A DNA stretch of 41,915 nt from a virus. Lineage: Duplodnaviria > Caudoviricetes. Positions 19,001 to 26,013 of this stretch are shown one piece after another (within the stretch, counting starts at the first letter, position 1; each line of letters begins with the position of its first letter). The DNA is taken from the IMG/VR virus record IMGVR_UViG_3300020460_000024, positions 1 through 41,915 of that record; one strand, 5' to 3'. The position numbers and the translations under genes were made by a program. Under the pieces are notes generated by a model that saw nothing but the letters and a program-made list of their open reading frames with translations, made no database searches and was not told the DNA's origin.

Positions 19001-20931
19001 ATCGTGAAAGCCGTGTCCGCAAACGTGTGCTTGCGCCCAAACATAGATGCAATAGCTCGGTCAGCCTGCCGCTCGCGCGCGCTAGTCGCTAAAACCGACG
19101 CCATGTTTTTTTCCATCTGCGTGTTAGGCCCGTCGTCTAAGTACCCAACTCCCCCCGTCCAGAAATCTACGGTGTCCCCTACAATACCAGCACCAAACAT
19201 CCCGAGAGCGCCCACAAGATCCCCTGCGCCTTGAGAAGCTGCCCTAACTGTCCGGTTCCAAAAATTTCTCCCTGACTCAGAGTCTAGCCAACTAGCCAAT
19301 ACTTCTGCCCCGCCCTCATCACTGACCCATTGCCCCGGAGACACTTCGCGGAGGCTTGCTTGAACGCTGTCACTTGTCTTCCCAACGTGAGCAATCCAAG
19401 AGTTTCGGATATCTGCTGTTGAGTTGTATATGTTAGTTAAAAAATAATCATACTTACTTCCTAGGTAAGCGAGACGCCTAGCTTCAAGCTGGTCTTTTGT
19501 TAACCCAAGTTCTTCGGCGTTTTCCTTAAGGTTTTCAAAATCAAGCTTTGATACCAACAGCCCCGGATGAATAATTTTTTCTCCAAACTCTGTTGTGTAA
19601 ATGTTGTTTGCTACACGCTTAGCAGAGTCTTTTTCAAGGGTCTTTTTGTCCTGCCTAACAGCCCGCATTTTAGCCTCATGGTACGGCAACATTCCGTTAG
19701 CCGCAGCCATCTGATAAGCCATAGATTGAAAAGCTTTACCAATAACTTCATCACTCAGATGCTCGGAAGACCCCCTGAACATCTGCCTGAAATCTTCAAC
19801 AGCTCCCGTATAATTCTGGTTAACAAGAGAATCCGGTTTATCCTCTACCAGTTCGGTTTGTGCTAAAAAATTACCCTCGGGGGTTTTAACAAATGCCGGT
19901 ATGTAACCCCCAGACTTGGGGTGTGTCAGCACAACTTGTTGTATTAAATTTTCTAGCTGGAACATCATGGTCCCAGTATGAGGACCTCCTTTTTTGAGGG
20001 CGCTAGAAATCATCCTCTTGGCTTCTAGGTAATTTTGAGTTTTTACCGGACGCCGCTCGTCAGAATTTTCCAACTGTAACCCATTAGCAAGTGTGTCGAG
20101 AGCATAGCCTCTAGCTCTATAATCTATAAACCCTTCTCGGATCGACCTATCAACAGACTCTTCTCTTTCATCTTCAGGGACATTGTCCGCAAAGATGAAC
20201 TTAGACCCTACTTCTTGTGTTTCAGGGTCTGTAAACGGTACCTCTATGACACTCGCCCCCCGCTGGCGGTGTACCAACTGTTTATAGTCAGGCCATACTT
20301 TTTCAGCGTACTGTTTAACAAGATCGGAAAACTGATCTACGTATGCCTGCTCTTCTTCCGTTACTGTCCACAACTCGGGCTGTTCATCAGCCTCGCTCGT
20401 AAATACGGCTTTACCATCAATGTAGTTCATTTCGACGGATGGCTTCCGCTTATTAGGTCCACTGATCTTATCAATCTTATCGGCAATCCTGAAAAACTTA
20501 TTAGAGTCAAAATTCTGCGCGTCTAGCTGGGCTCTCAATTCGTTCCCATTTACAGCCTCGCTTAAGAGAATATACGGCGTTGCAGTCCCCCCGACTCCCC
20601 CGTCAACCTGCTCGCGAAAAATGCGGTCCGATTTTTCCTCAACAGGAATTGAGTAGAACTGGTCATAGGCGCTTTGAACTTCTTCCTTTGACCTTACCTC
20701 TTGTGCGTCCGCAATAAAATTGGCGAGCTTGCTGCCCACCATCTCCAGCTCATCTGGGCGTGGCTTTTCAAATCCTTGCGGCACGTTCTGGGCCTGCTGC
20801 ATAACGTAATGTGCATAGCCCGCGCGGAGTTGTACTTCGTCCTGTCCAAGAGGAATGCCTCTGGCATCAACAGGGTTGTTCTCCTTCCATTCTTCATAGG
20901 AAGGCAGCTTATCAAGATGGGTCAACGCCAT
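7042..20931 (-). CDS. giant (4629 aa) internal virion/ejection protein, polyvalent type (ART-like + zincin domains)
   Basis: Uninterrupted 13.9-kb ORF. Gly/Ala-rich hydrophobic segments in the N-terminal quarter; ART-like block LYTG...GPGIYF...GIKGV...EYSIFDP; HEVAH zincin motif; C-terminal KTVANVPAYHFRN and PVYS...PFLSF motifs like those of large phage ejection proteins; lies downstream of terL. Confidence 0.8.
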   Translation of the reverse strand: MALTHLDKLPSYEEWKENNPVDARGIPLGQDEVQLRAGYAHYVMQQAQNVPQGFEKPRPDELEMVGSKLANFIADAQEVRSKEEVQSAYDQFYSIPVEEKSDRIFREQVDGGVGGTATPYILLSEAVNGNELRAQLDAQNFDSNKFFRIADKIDKISGPNKRKPSVEMNYIDGKAVFTSEADEQPELWTVTEEEQAYVDQFSDLVKQYAEKVWPDYKQLVHRQRGASVIEVPFTDPETQEVGSKFIFADNVPEDEREESVDRSIREGFIDYRARGYALDTLANGLQLENSDERRPVKTQNYLEAKRMISSALKKGGPHTGTMMFQLENLIQQVVLTHPKSGGYIPAFVKTPEGNFLAQTELVEDKPDSLVNQNYTGAVEDFRQMFRGSSEHLSDEVIGKAFQSMAYQMAAANGMLPYHEAKMRAVRQDKKTLEKDSAKRVANNIYTTEFGEKIIHPGLLVSKLDFENLKENAEELGLTKDQLEARRLAYLGSKYDYFLTNIYNSTADIRNSWIAHVGKTSDSVQASLREVSPGQWVSDEGGAEVLASWLDSESGRNFWNRTVRAASQGAGDLVGALGMFGAGIVGDTVDFWTGGVGYLDDGPNTQMEKNMASVLATSARERQADRAIASMFGRKHTFADTAFTMAVPLAIDIGASFALATPTAGVGSTAYASAALSKYGLTATAKSYITGAFGFGLRNILKDGAEDTMRLSLEKAYARGYIKTLPSVKKYAKEADNLLPGWSGTVSGAKGQVALKSSFLRATDGGLSKMTLGNLPQGVLPKRFVENVIKNSKSAKRVSAALPMSMRSEAAVDALTAIGRGIRAGQYPAISAPAFLRSSAHTYGDIHMALQGATGSDGKPLSAEEIHDRAFGGAVMGGMFTVATVVGLQRLGMGGLEDWVTGGATTGQVKRVFEKLRGKKYANFNNFVTDVANKVVGDGIKFAWLRGPIARGAAFEGLQEGFDAFLNTFARSAAMAGTSASDMDRPFMDRLKEGGMGAIYGVVLGAGAPALAKGGRGLKGLFKSELTKLSEQAQVERETLPKIARKIHKQLVAKLEESGSPQSAATVEEILGGLQVAARSLPEEAIAARLKDREKQREQSKDESSSDHDINTADKIEQEIVDLQVKLDAATSEEEQKRLEGEVATLITELSILRAKSAETSTGDPEAEQSKKEDAESSEADSESEQAQLQENNTRAALEALGLIIQDPTNPEAFRAAEVDLANFFNVIAAPAQADEADRKAALAVVDKALKEKLNTTKDNSDRAALRESKGYLEEQLLKGVTEEEAGQNLDNANEEDVKNAIEETLHEGAGGGNTSSGTGESIVSVSDKEQLVQGVLERLRATESQRDLEYRRTDEELERTAIEFVEKAMQPLRRDLREQEDLRAIDNIEEELLDRLAGLREEFESLHKARSLSEGTRAYKAGGGHQGRPLGAKFLTEQPNNAVIGDVSNLIADKEKAFDDSETKERPARQQELTLLRSLRDVLTGLKTINDRRAEIEGASRRQQQLEDQFEREQERERVAALRKAKAEEAAKKKAAKKKAAKKKAAKKKAAKKKKGKQPPEPEPEPAGPTILYTGQSEDLPSFTDYDFSRVGQSERGGVAPMEGYAALGPGIYFLNDESAVENVYKKRGKLMSAEVDESAHVILQAAKLHFGLDDAGFQEAINMLNSAAKEIGFNNIGEMSEGPQRVRGVNHLRDGVNPIGAFVKLLGREKARELLVKHGIKGVKQELPGGSVEYSIFDPSILTVESAPQEPESGSEPPAPEPLRETFEQNMIAAGALKSRSEGDWPVAAMGIPKSLKLNTIEKSKTARTINLGIIADHPILGDKIADESGEGSRPRKKLEVKQHLEEHGVFIPDHQWLGGRGVTSSGVKFGGSTVWLIRDVDGGIFDDGEGGRPDEPVILFNNDPRAMAKAMDELGHYYIPIPVGFSGDKVNKTFRGDRAGETLSQDTKEVYDIFYPVGSDLSKETSILGNKERSRVANPDVTTGKIRRKVQFLMHFVDEDTALEIRVDENNLDAKTAATAPNKVTIGTYVRILADWVNNNYTSIQIPTSKDKLDLIEKVNDPERGARAKDSSYRNAEGVMIRVGGDIRSLYLSGLTARAERAAVEVALIQAMENKREDQSDADALVAAIHDNVTIPEDMASDPMYAAALKIFKSMAGEGVSVESGRGAAAFALSEFLMGSRIATSTALEKALKKDPDIDVLDFILGKVAEALKASTTRGDTPRNKGAANPSAEGAIRPVPNLYNPARDIIKLQVDRAMQLYADNSVRGMSNRAQSLDREDTFDSLGAELSGRGDEEADKGVGAEAPEGVGRPADVGVGLGDVGAGQARGLDVGEGEVVEETESREKTKEALELQERMEAIPDYEPIKVGLASALATILDESPEANAALNEFYEELDEVVEMRGAQTAQQKYIEIAVSLQNALLDPSVVGEAGSELRLIRGEFLKNFATAVKDSKLGLLALAELFSTNVIQIKDVKNTLKGLQETHFTQAVDSVAGASLDQIAEVVNLERAVRGSRAPAFQDSIHQRAAFSLNRKEVAELELVDGDIDSVLKAIEDLAYGDSALGIPTRSRIMRKGALAEAGKASLDPNLQLSARLLSAFRKEISELDFRIVRGGTHFAGSFVPSDSFAGTIYLNLNARYGEGVSSVILHEVAHAVFARIMDTPDSELTTAQRAARKQMEVLYDRTYEAWLKAKARGKADPLMDYVFGTGRRVIRATYEGGLIDPRTGLQDPEQYEPFGVAASGEVTKEGTSDEDLDLAGVIGEPSDIILPRTIGYEEFFTTFISSAAFQAATRKIAVENRSVFRRMMDLVVKLVNKETKVEREAAEALEYVYNFANFKNAPENTSHLSVTLNEEQVFVNQQVNELIENHNRGRRAHNHLRDILGLDATAVSIAQDPLQFERHKTPNGVLRKSWFTGVSPEAEVERALYDEYVRLERAHSQKGRDEWDNLDDDQKSAWSEQAIKLRKNRFRVIFDRLFKDEVARQAPDGVRVLYLESHERAPGSTQPAGDIAPAYQTILETKFDAEPDESGLDETSYASAVVFVMDLLFDMIVGAPRLGKRGVQDVEGAAGYLTNILGTEGFFMPKSIRPSGVGPFGPTADVPSPDARLDYYRFGEMEGKDLDFAAFEESYGLIGGRTRRTRQLTARERKRISILSAYLLKDSIEAVVSEEFIHGVEYLVIPQELRDEVIEELGEEGIIEMAYEYHRQSPRFSKHRGVYKKGDDPELEEVLEDIREGFKQFKQRTPPAPGELAGAVTQYPDKGSKVGRLYNMLSEGLRREVQKRIKSGISTERSSLLHSYSRLVDGEYISYDPTRPIFMRLVKRQLIGVFNKLLSRMTDLRADLGDAVPNPRFLEMVQRAHLSLKMLQDGELEELGFRDVEGQFGEPLGSIKFDPENPSAGIRAAFNTFDRADRISARLKDGKKLSPQEEEEHERDVEAMLREQLINSIEIGHLFQNGEFQHLSDIEGKWGTKYAKQFATWLARGKQDPRVMRMLKDYERWSEAVNALLKTDMLHMEKLLNEAFGKTPSPEILKALNAAAGTTDSLDIDPETKARVHARYKAAVARVRKEVRENKRPAEHISPEALQDMKTMLVHRVEEQLRLNLVEEFKETQKQARAFLEESTPQNPQLGRDVVSAILAVRATIDSLSKLISKQYKLTDVRGGKIGVIFDRMGGIYLTRGYRAHNDIAYLREVMNPDGKFQDRRDAALPFFEGEQVKVEKKKIKKELLALIESLDAGVTFTDPAQEAEAKILKKLSKKELNQLVTKRAEDLVTRDNKGVAALNEFLATLLDTAEGKRVDHKDIEKSQGEAVASLTRVQVDNLRSKGDVDEGVRYLLGQFGLERTEDGSFEEHGLASLYATVTMQTRMAESMTFLNDLKEVGGVKDGNVKDAFVFTYEEAEAAGLMEAGARPYVNFRTGLPLRPLSSKVEGKGFVSMFDPSLDMYVPEDLYTSLQAYRNVSRGNAATTLYDIADRSGSTLVKGAAHLTNVFLKLNSLFMFSKTVANVPAYHFRNAITAVTSYGMAALVNPFSVVSEFVMAFGRTRKAARGESKAKALIIGRDPRLKTTRSIIDQRLGIDQSQMDLNYLEQVATQNSKNPYGIFFDGTKELMALSPKDMTEENLVKKGLLVVTKGGDYVLGGAFRRLVDFAQGIDYAGKKALYKSELEALRNARDYDKENNVDTGFLNMTEEQLEFEAARKARAMSPVYSEAPNFAKSLRRYNAFHADPFLSFWLDQFRIVHNQMRAIPKEEMESSNPVMQARGAQRLAAAVTVHGGMSIALPIASAVVLGINPTDEEEELLKEAAPPWGKLNQYIYLPGHLLKKVLGFTGQEFEEDALYSLDLTYINAASPVFDGSTAAILELLRGDYQTAALNLWQGYTQRFINPGFIRSTLKETYENKDGTVFNEGDPLKTKMLKGLGHFANRAVEPGNLRRLREWESSQGADDETLKRSLEETITQIMLPASPRKVRLDLAIYKAARSRQIERKNLTDVVYRTLRDGSRDMDGPKGDREIEELAKRVIEQRKRIDAELVGMVQDAMNMEAGAITRQEALERLKYAGIGPARRRGIVDYRATERYLPSVDMRREFNVEGFKKDRFERFEKALIKFGPKARFTNVDTGERIVIEKGK
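16271..16345 (-). repeat. 5 x 15-bp perfect tandem repeat encoding (AAKKK)5
   Basis: ttcttcttcgcagct x5 on the + strand. Confidence 0.95.
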
Positions 20932-20952
20932 GCTTAATTATGTGGTTATCGG

Positions 20953-22191
20953 TTATTTAGACTTGGGTAATAGATCGTCTACGATTTTTTCATCCGTAGA
21001 AGACACTTGTGTGTCTGCTCCACGGGCCGCTGATACTCCAATAGCTCTTGCGTCTTCGTCGAGCGTATTTTTTTCATCAGATAAATAATCAATTATACGT
21101 TTATACAGGTCTTCAGAAAACTCATCAAAAGAAGATGGCTCTTCCAGAGTCTCGTCACCGTGCCCTTTTTCTAGCACCCCTGCTGAGCCTTCCACAGCCT
21201 CTCTATCTCTTCCGACATATTCTCGATAACCAGCGGGGGAGCGTGTAAGATCCCCCAGCAAAGAAAGATACTCTTTGTAGACGCTCCTAACAAATATAGG
21301 GTCATTCGGTACTCGGCGTATAACTTGGTCCTGTAGCACTTCACCTTCCCTCTGAACCTCGGTCGTAGCTACGAACTTGCGTTTATTAGCTACCCTATCT
21401 TGCAGGGCTTTAACTCGGTCAATTCGTGATTTCAGTCGGTCCCGTTCTTGGTCGAGGTTTTTCTTACCTACCCTGAGGACCGTTTTGAAGTCATTCACAT
21501 TACGATCAACCTGAAATTTTTTGTATGCTTCTCGATACTTATCAGAAGTCCTCCCAATAACCTCTCCTTCTTTTTCAATTTCAAAGTCATCATAAGTAAG
21601 CAGGTCTTCGTAATCTGACATTAAAGACGCATTTTGGTCTCGTTGGGTGGTTGCGTTAGCAATCGCTTTCTCTCCCTGAGCGAGTTTGTCAGAAAACAGT
21701 TTCTCATACCCCGTCTTGTCTGCGCTATTGATGATCAAAGACCTTAAGCCAAAATCATTATATATTTTTTTAGCTTGGCCTAATTGAGTTTGCATCTGAG
21801 ATATAGAAGCAGGCACCATACTACGAGGCTCTGCGCCTCCTAAATCATCAGGGTCAGGAACAAACCCTATGTTATCAATAATCTCGCTCATCTCCCCAAA
21901 GCGTCTTTGAATAGCAAGAAAGCCGTCCTGCCCTTGATCACCCGTTTCTTTTGCCTCCTTCAGCTTAGCGATACTAGCTTCCAGCTCCTGTCGTTTAAGT
22001 TTATGAATCTCGGCATCCTGTCTCCGCTTGGCCATACGGTCATAAGTGTCCGTAATGCTTTTTAAGCGCGGGGCGATGTCGCGCTCATAACGAATTCTTG
22101 CGGCGTCCTGTTCCTCACGGGTAACCGGAGCCTCTAGCTTAAATCTGTTTTTAAGGGCTCTTACGCCCCTTTTAAGGTCTGGTTCAGCCAC
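20953..22191 (-). CDS. probable internal virion protein (412 aa, GTG start)
   Basis: Charged helical protein directly upstream of the giant gene; position analogous to podovirus core proteins. Confidence 0.6.
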   Translation of the reverse strand: MAEPDLKRGVRALKNRFKLEAPVTREEQDAARIRYERDIAPRLKSITDTYDRMAKRRQDAEIHKLKRQELEASIAKLKEAKETGDQGQDGFLAIQRRFGEMSEIIDNIGFVPDPDDLGGAEPRSMVPASISQMQTQLGQAKKIYNDFGLRSLIINSADKTGYEKLFSDKLAQGEKAIANATTQRDQNASLMSDYEDLLTYDDFEIEKEGEVIGRTSDKYREAYKKFQVDRNVNDFKTVLRVGKKNLDQERDRLKSRIDRVKALQDRVANKRKFVATTEVQREGEVLQDQVIRRVPNDPIFVRSVYKEYLSLLGDLTRSPAGYREYVGRDREAVEGSAGVLEKGHGDETLEEPSSFDEFSEDLYKRIIDYLSDEKNTLDEDARAIGVSAARGADTQVSSTDEKIVDDLLPKSK

Positions 22192-22197
22192 GGTTAT

Positions 22198-23007
22198 TTA
22201 GTTTCTATCTTCGTTTTCTTTCCGCCTATCCTCTCTGGCTCTTTTTCTAGCCTCTTTAGCTCTCTTTCTAGCATCTCTTGCGTCTTGTCGGTCAGCACGT
22301 TCTTTCTGGCGCTGGGCGTTTTGGGCTCTCTGGGCGTCTCGCTTTTCGCGTCGTCTTTCTTCCTGCGTCCTGATATTGGGTTCTCCTGCGCGTCCTTCAA
22401 ATTGTCTTCTACGGGCGTCTGCCGCCGCCGCTTGATTTCCGGCTCTTTCGTGGGCTCGCGCTTCAGCTCCATGTACTGCCGACCTAGGAGTTATCGTCCG
22501 TCTAGACTGTTGCCCAACCCCCTTGGCAACCGAACCAGCCAAAGCGGTGTTGCCCCCAAACCCCGCTTTTTGCATCGCGGCGTGTCTATCCAAACCGGGA
22601 GTGTCTGGGCCGTCTCCCATCTTGCCCCCAAAGTTCTTAAGACTTTTCTTGCGGAGTTCATCCCGCTTAGAGATAAATTTATCTTGCCGCTTCTGTCGTT
22701 CTTGCCGTTGGGCTTGGGCAAAATCTCTCTTCTCTTGTCGCCGCATGGCAAGTTTGTCAGCCAGCGTATCTTTTCTCCCCGCATACAGCTCGCCAATGTA
22801 ACCCCCCACAAGTTCCCCGGCGGGCTTAGACATATCAAAACCAACCTTAGACTGGATCATAGACGCCCGTTCGGGATTCTCAGTTTTCTTAAATAGATCT
22901 CCCAAAGAGGTGGTTCTCATCGTCTCCTCAGTCATACCACCTCGTCTCATCCTTTTTAGGGCCTCAGCCATACGTTGCCGCGCAACATTCTGTGAGAGTT
23001 TAGCCAT
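22198..23007 (-). CDS. basic, Arg/Gln-rich probable internal virion protein (start probably ATG 23007, MAKLSQ...)
   Basis: Low-complexity charged helical sequence between terL and the 412-aa gene; the track's TTG start overlaps a promoter-like -35 box. Confidence 0.6.
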   Translation of the reverse strand: MAKLSQNVARQRMAEALKRMRRGGMTEETMRTTSLGDLFKKTENPERASMIQSKVGFDMSKPAGELVGGYIGELYAGRKDTLADKLAMRRQEKRDFAQAQRQERQKRQDKFISKRDELRKKSLKNFGGKMGDGPDTPGLDRHAAMQKAGFGGNTALAGSVAKGVGQQSRRTITPRSAVHGAEARAHERAGNQAAAADARRRQFEGRAGEPNIRTQEERRREKRDAQRAQNAQRQKERADRQDARDARKRAKEARKRAREDRRKENEDRN

Positions 23008-23012
23008 GCCAT

Positions 23013-23040
23013 ATACTATATTTAGGGGTTTATAAGTCAA
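23013..23040 (-). promoter_or_regulatory. sigma70-like promoter TTGACT-N16-TAGTAT, 5 nt before ATG 23007
   Basis: Consensus-like boxes at the terL stop; spacing fits a leaderless transcript. Confidence 0.5.
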
Positions 23041-24821
23041 TCCAGCAATACTGCTTCAGGGTTCTGTAACGCCCCATTCAACTGCTTGATGGTCACAGGT
23101 GGGCGAACAGGCCCAGATCCCGACTGGGGTGGGTCAATCGCTACGAGGCCCAGCCGCTGGCGAGCACAATCAAGAGCTAGAAATGCCGCGTCTGCCAAGT
23201 CGGGGCTCCTGCCGAAACGTCCCTTGAACTCGGGCTTAGGCTCGATCTTCACCTTGAGCGATCCGCTTTTTACTAATTCATAGTTCCTAGCCGTTATCTC
23301 CTGTGCCAAATCGGGGGCCACCCCGAACACCTGTTTAGTCCTCATCAATTCTTTTCCCACGAACCACATCTCAGATACGCGGTTCGTGTACATCTCGGCC
23401 CCCGTTAGTTTGCTACTCAGACTAACGCGCTTGTCACTAGGCTTACCCCCAAAGCTTACCCTCAAAAATGTACCCGCCCACTCTCCCGCCAGCACATCAC
23501 AGAAAGGAGCCCCTGCCCCTGTGGCATCAACTGCCACATTTTCAGGATCAATGTTTCGTTTTTCACAATGTTCCTTGATCTGTCGAACAATTTGATAAGT
23601 CCGTGGAACAGCCTTGTTAGTCGCGTCGTCATTCAAATGAATTGCTTCACCGAACTCTATTACGTATTGACCGGATTTATCATATCCAACTGCAGCAGTG
23701 TACAGAATAGTCCGGTCTCCTCCATTGGTGAACGCTGGGTCACACCCGGCTATGTACACAGGTTTACTGGCCCACTCAACTTTGTTCATGGCCCCGCAGG
23801 TAGATAACTCAGACTCACTGTAGATTCCGGTGGTTTCGTCTGAATCAAAGAAAACGGCCCGTACCATCCGCATATACCCCCGCGACTCTACCCCCAACAG
23901 AGCCTTATCCTCATCGAGTTTTTCCTGTGTCGGTAACCACGGGTACAATGTCTCCCCCGCCACGATGTTGGGGGATCGCTCCCCATCCAACCGCAGATAA
24001 TGCCCACCCCACTTGGTCTCCCAATTATCATACGTATTTGTATCTACTGAATCCCACCCCTCTTTTGGCTGAGACCAGATACCAAAAGCGTCGAACCTGC
24101 TGTTGGGGTTCGACATCCCGATGAGTTGGAACTCAGGGTTTTTGGAAAGGTTGGTAAGGCCCGCCTGTAAGATCGCTTCAGACAATTCGGATAGCTCATC
24201 CCCGATCAAAATTACACGCTTCTGCTTGATCCCGATAAATTTGCCCACGGCCTCGCGTGTCTTAGATTTCTCTGCAGAAATAAGGCTTAGGCCCGCTCGC
24301 TCAATTAAAGTCTGATTCTCATCTACATAAGCAGCGTTGCCAATGGAGTCCCTTATCTTTATCGGAGCCCCTTCAATTACTGTAAGCAAAGACATGACCG
24401 ACCCCCATATGCGTTTACGCGCTTCTCGCAATGTAGTGGACGTCATCAATACCAGTGTGTCTTTAGGTTGAGACAACCAGTTAACAATGCCCCATGCCGC
24501 CATCGTGTGAGACTTACCCGATGAAGCGGACCCACCAATCGCCAAGTACTTATGCTCAATGGCACACCGAATCATTTCTTCCGCCCACGGGTGGCGCACC
24601 ATAAGCTTTTCGGGCAAGTCTGGGTGATTCCACAACTCATCACACACCCTCCAAAAGTAATACTCTTTTGCCTTGTCATGTGTGTGGTGTGCGAAACCAT
24701 AGAGTAAAGCAGTTATTAAACTCGTAGGAGGTATGAGTAACCCACCCACATCCATCCGCTTGGTCTGTGGGTCAATAGTGGGTTCTAGTATCTGCTTGTA
24801 GGTCTTCTTCTTTGAAGCCAT
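23037..24821 (-). CDS. terL: terminase large subunit
   Basis: Walker A GGSASSGKS, Walker B ILIGDE, coupling motif GMSNP, RNase H-like nuclease GCDPA...VDATG...SPDLADA. Confidence 0.9.
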   Translation of the reverse strand: MASKKKTYKQILEPTIDPQTKRMDVGGLLIPPTSLITALLYGFAHHTHDKAKEYYFWRVCDELWNHPDLPEKLMVRHPWAEEMIRCAIEHKYLAIGGSASSGKSHTMAAWGIVNWLSQPKDTLVLMTSTTLREARKRIWGSVMSLLTVIEGAPIKIRDSIGNAAYVDENQTLIERAGLSLISAEKSKTREAVGKFIGIKQKRVILIGDELSELSEAILQAGLTNLSKNPEFQLIGMSNPNSRFDAFGIWSQPKEGWDSVDTNTYDNWETKWGGHYLRLDGERSPNIVAGETLYPWLPTQEKLDEDKALLGVESRGYMRMVRAVFFDSDETTGIYSESELSTCGAMNKVEWASKPVYIAGCDPAFTNGGDRTILYTAAVGYDKSGQYVIEFGEAIHLNDDATNKAVPRTYQIVRQIKEHCEKRNIDPENVAVDATGAGAPFCDVLAGEWAGTFLRVSFGGKPSDKRVSLSSKLTGAEMYTNRVSEMWFVGKELMRTKQVFGVAPDLAQEITARNYELVKSGSLKVKIEPKPEFKGRFGRSPDLADAAFLALDCARQRLGLVAIDPPQSGSGPVRPPVTIKQLNGALQNPEAVLLD

Positions 24822-24824
24822 AAT
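24796..24824 (+). promoter_or_regulatory. putative promoter TTGTAG-N17-CATAAT for the replication block
   Basis: Boxes at 24796-24801 and 24819-24824 with 17-nt spacing, overlapping the terL start. Confidence 0.4.
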
Positions 24825-24832
24825 TAAACCAC

Positions 24833-24861
24833 AAAGTAAGGACCGTTCTTGTGAGTGACAA
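24833..24861 (-). promoter_or_regulatory. putative promoter TTGTCA-N17-TACTTT for terL
   Basis: -35 at 24861-24856, -10 at 24838-24833, 11 nt before the terL ATG. Confidence 0.45.
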
Positions 24862-25444
24862 CCCCAAAGACGATCTAAAGCAAAGGGCTTTAGAGATGCA
24901 CAATAAGAACTACAAGATGAACGTAATTGCGCGTGAGCTTGGAGTTCACTCAGGAACCGTGCGACGGTGGTTCAAAGCAATGGGGCTCCCCCCACGGAAG
25001 GGGGGTAACGTACCGCACAAACCTGTGGTAAGTGACGACCCCCCAGACGACCAACTCGCGGCAGACATTGATGACGAACTTAACAATATGACTAACGATG
25101 CGATTCTCTGTGCACAGCACGACGCTAGAAAAGAAGAGGATCAAACCATGATGGAAATCGCGGAACGTCAGTCCACCCCTGCTGATAAGTATCAGCACTA
25201 CATTGCTGCCGCAGGAATAAAGCTTCTACGGGACAGTGTGAAAAACCTTCGCGGTCCTAAAACCGTCAGGGAACTGTCAGAACTAGATCAACTTATACGA
25301 AGGAACCTAGGTCTTAACGCCAAAGGCGGGGGTGCCAGCTCCATGCAGATTGACATATCAATTCTGAACAACACGAAAGCAGATCGTGGGGGCGGGGCCA
25401 TAAGCCCCAAAAAAGTAATAGATATAGACCCCGACAATGATTAA
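24851..25444 (+). CDS. N-terminal HTH protein; candidate terminase small subunit or regulator
   Basis: MNVIARELGVHSGTVRRW HTH; helical middle; C-terminal IDISIL...KVIDID tail; adjacent and divergent to terL. Confidence 0.55.
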   Translation: MSDNPKDDLKQRALEMHNKNYKMNVIARELGVHSGTVRRWFKAMGLPPRKGGNVPHKPVVSDDPPDDQLAADIDDELNNMTNDAILCAQHDARKEEDQTMMEIAERQSTPADKYQHYIAAAGIKLLRDSVKNLRGPKTVRELSELDQLIRRNLGLNAKGGGASSMQIDISILNNTKADRGGGAISPKKVIDIDPDND

Positions 25445-25772
25445 CAACTTTGATGACTTCGATTCTGGGCGAATGGACGATCTGTCGTTTGACAGAAACG
25501 CGCACATGAACGAGCCCGCAAAGAAAGACCGATCTGATGATAAGCCTTTTATCCTCCTATCAGAATTGCGGGACGCACTCATAGGAGTAATCGAGGGTGC
25601 GGACACCCACCCGCGCGCTTGCTATAGCATAAATATGGTAAAAACCATACTGCAGGAAAAACACGATCTACCAGAAGACGTTCTCCAAGAAGCTGTAAAC
25701 ACATTGATGCGGACTTATTTAGGTCCATCAACTCCTTGTTTTTTAGATACAAGCATACTCTCAGATGAATGA
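25437..25772 (+). CDS. conserved phage hypothetical protein
   Basis: DALIGV...RACYS...YLGPSTPCFL resembles a small family common in aquatic phages. Confidence 0.7.
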   Translation: MINNFDDFDSGRMDDLSFDRNAHMNEPAKKDRSDDKPFILLSELRDALIGVIEGADTHPRACYSINMVKTILQEKHDLPEDVLQEAVNTLMRTYLGPSTPCFLDTSILSDE

Positions 25773-26013
25773 CCTGTTTCAAACAAAGGTCAGGGAGGAA
25801 AAACCAGTAGCAATGGTGCGGGTGCAGCTTCCTGATATTAACGATTTCAAATTCAAAAGGGTGGAACTCGTTGGTAGTTTCTACCGAGTAATTCCTAAAA
25901 CAGGTAAAGAAGTGGGTTTTCTGCGTTGTCTGCAAAAGAATATGGATCTTTTCGTTCCCGAATCAGGGAATGGTCTGTTAGTCTCAGCGAAGCTAATAGA
26001 CCAACTTGCATGA
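25765..26013 (+). CDS. hypothetical protein (82 aa)
   Basis: Overlaps both neighbours (ATGA at the 3' end). Confidence 0.65.
   Translation: MNDLFQTKVREEKPVAMVRVQLPDINDFKFKRVELVGSFYRVIPKTGKEVGFLRCLQKNMDLFVPESGNGLLVSAKLIDQLA

Noticed and set aside
7262-20937. Numerous + strand ORFs antisense to the giant gene (e.g. 14252..14710, 18392..18874, 16224..16466 with SSSQL repeats)
   Set aside because: These are shadow ORFs of a long coding strand or tandem repeat, with no independent motifs or start signals.
22194-22472. 92-aa alternative-frame ORF ending 4 nt beyond the basic protein's stop (possible frameshift product)
   Set aside because: Purine-rich low-complexity coding naturally lacks stops in the shifted frame, and no slippery site was identified.
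25926-26009. Track's N-terminal extension of the resolvase
   Set aside because: It overlaps the upstream gene; the ATG at 26010 with ATGA coupling puts the catalytic Asp at the usual N-terminal position.
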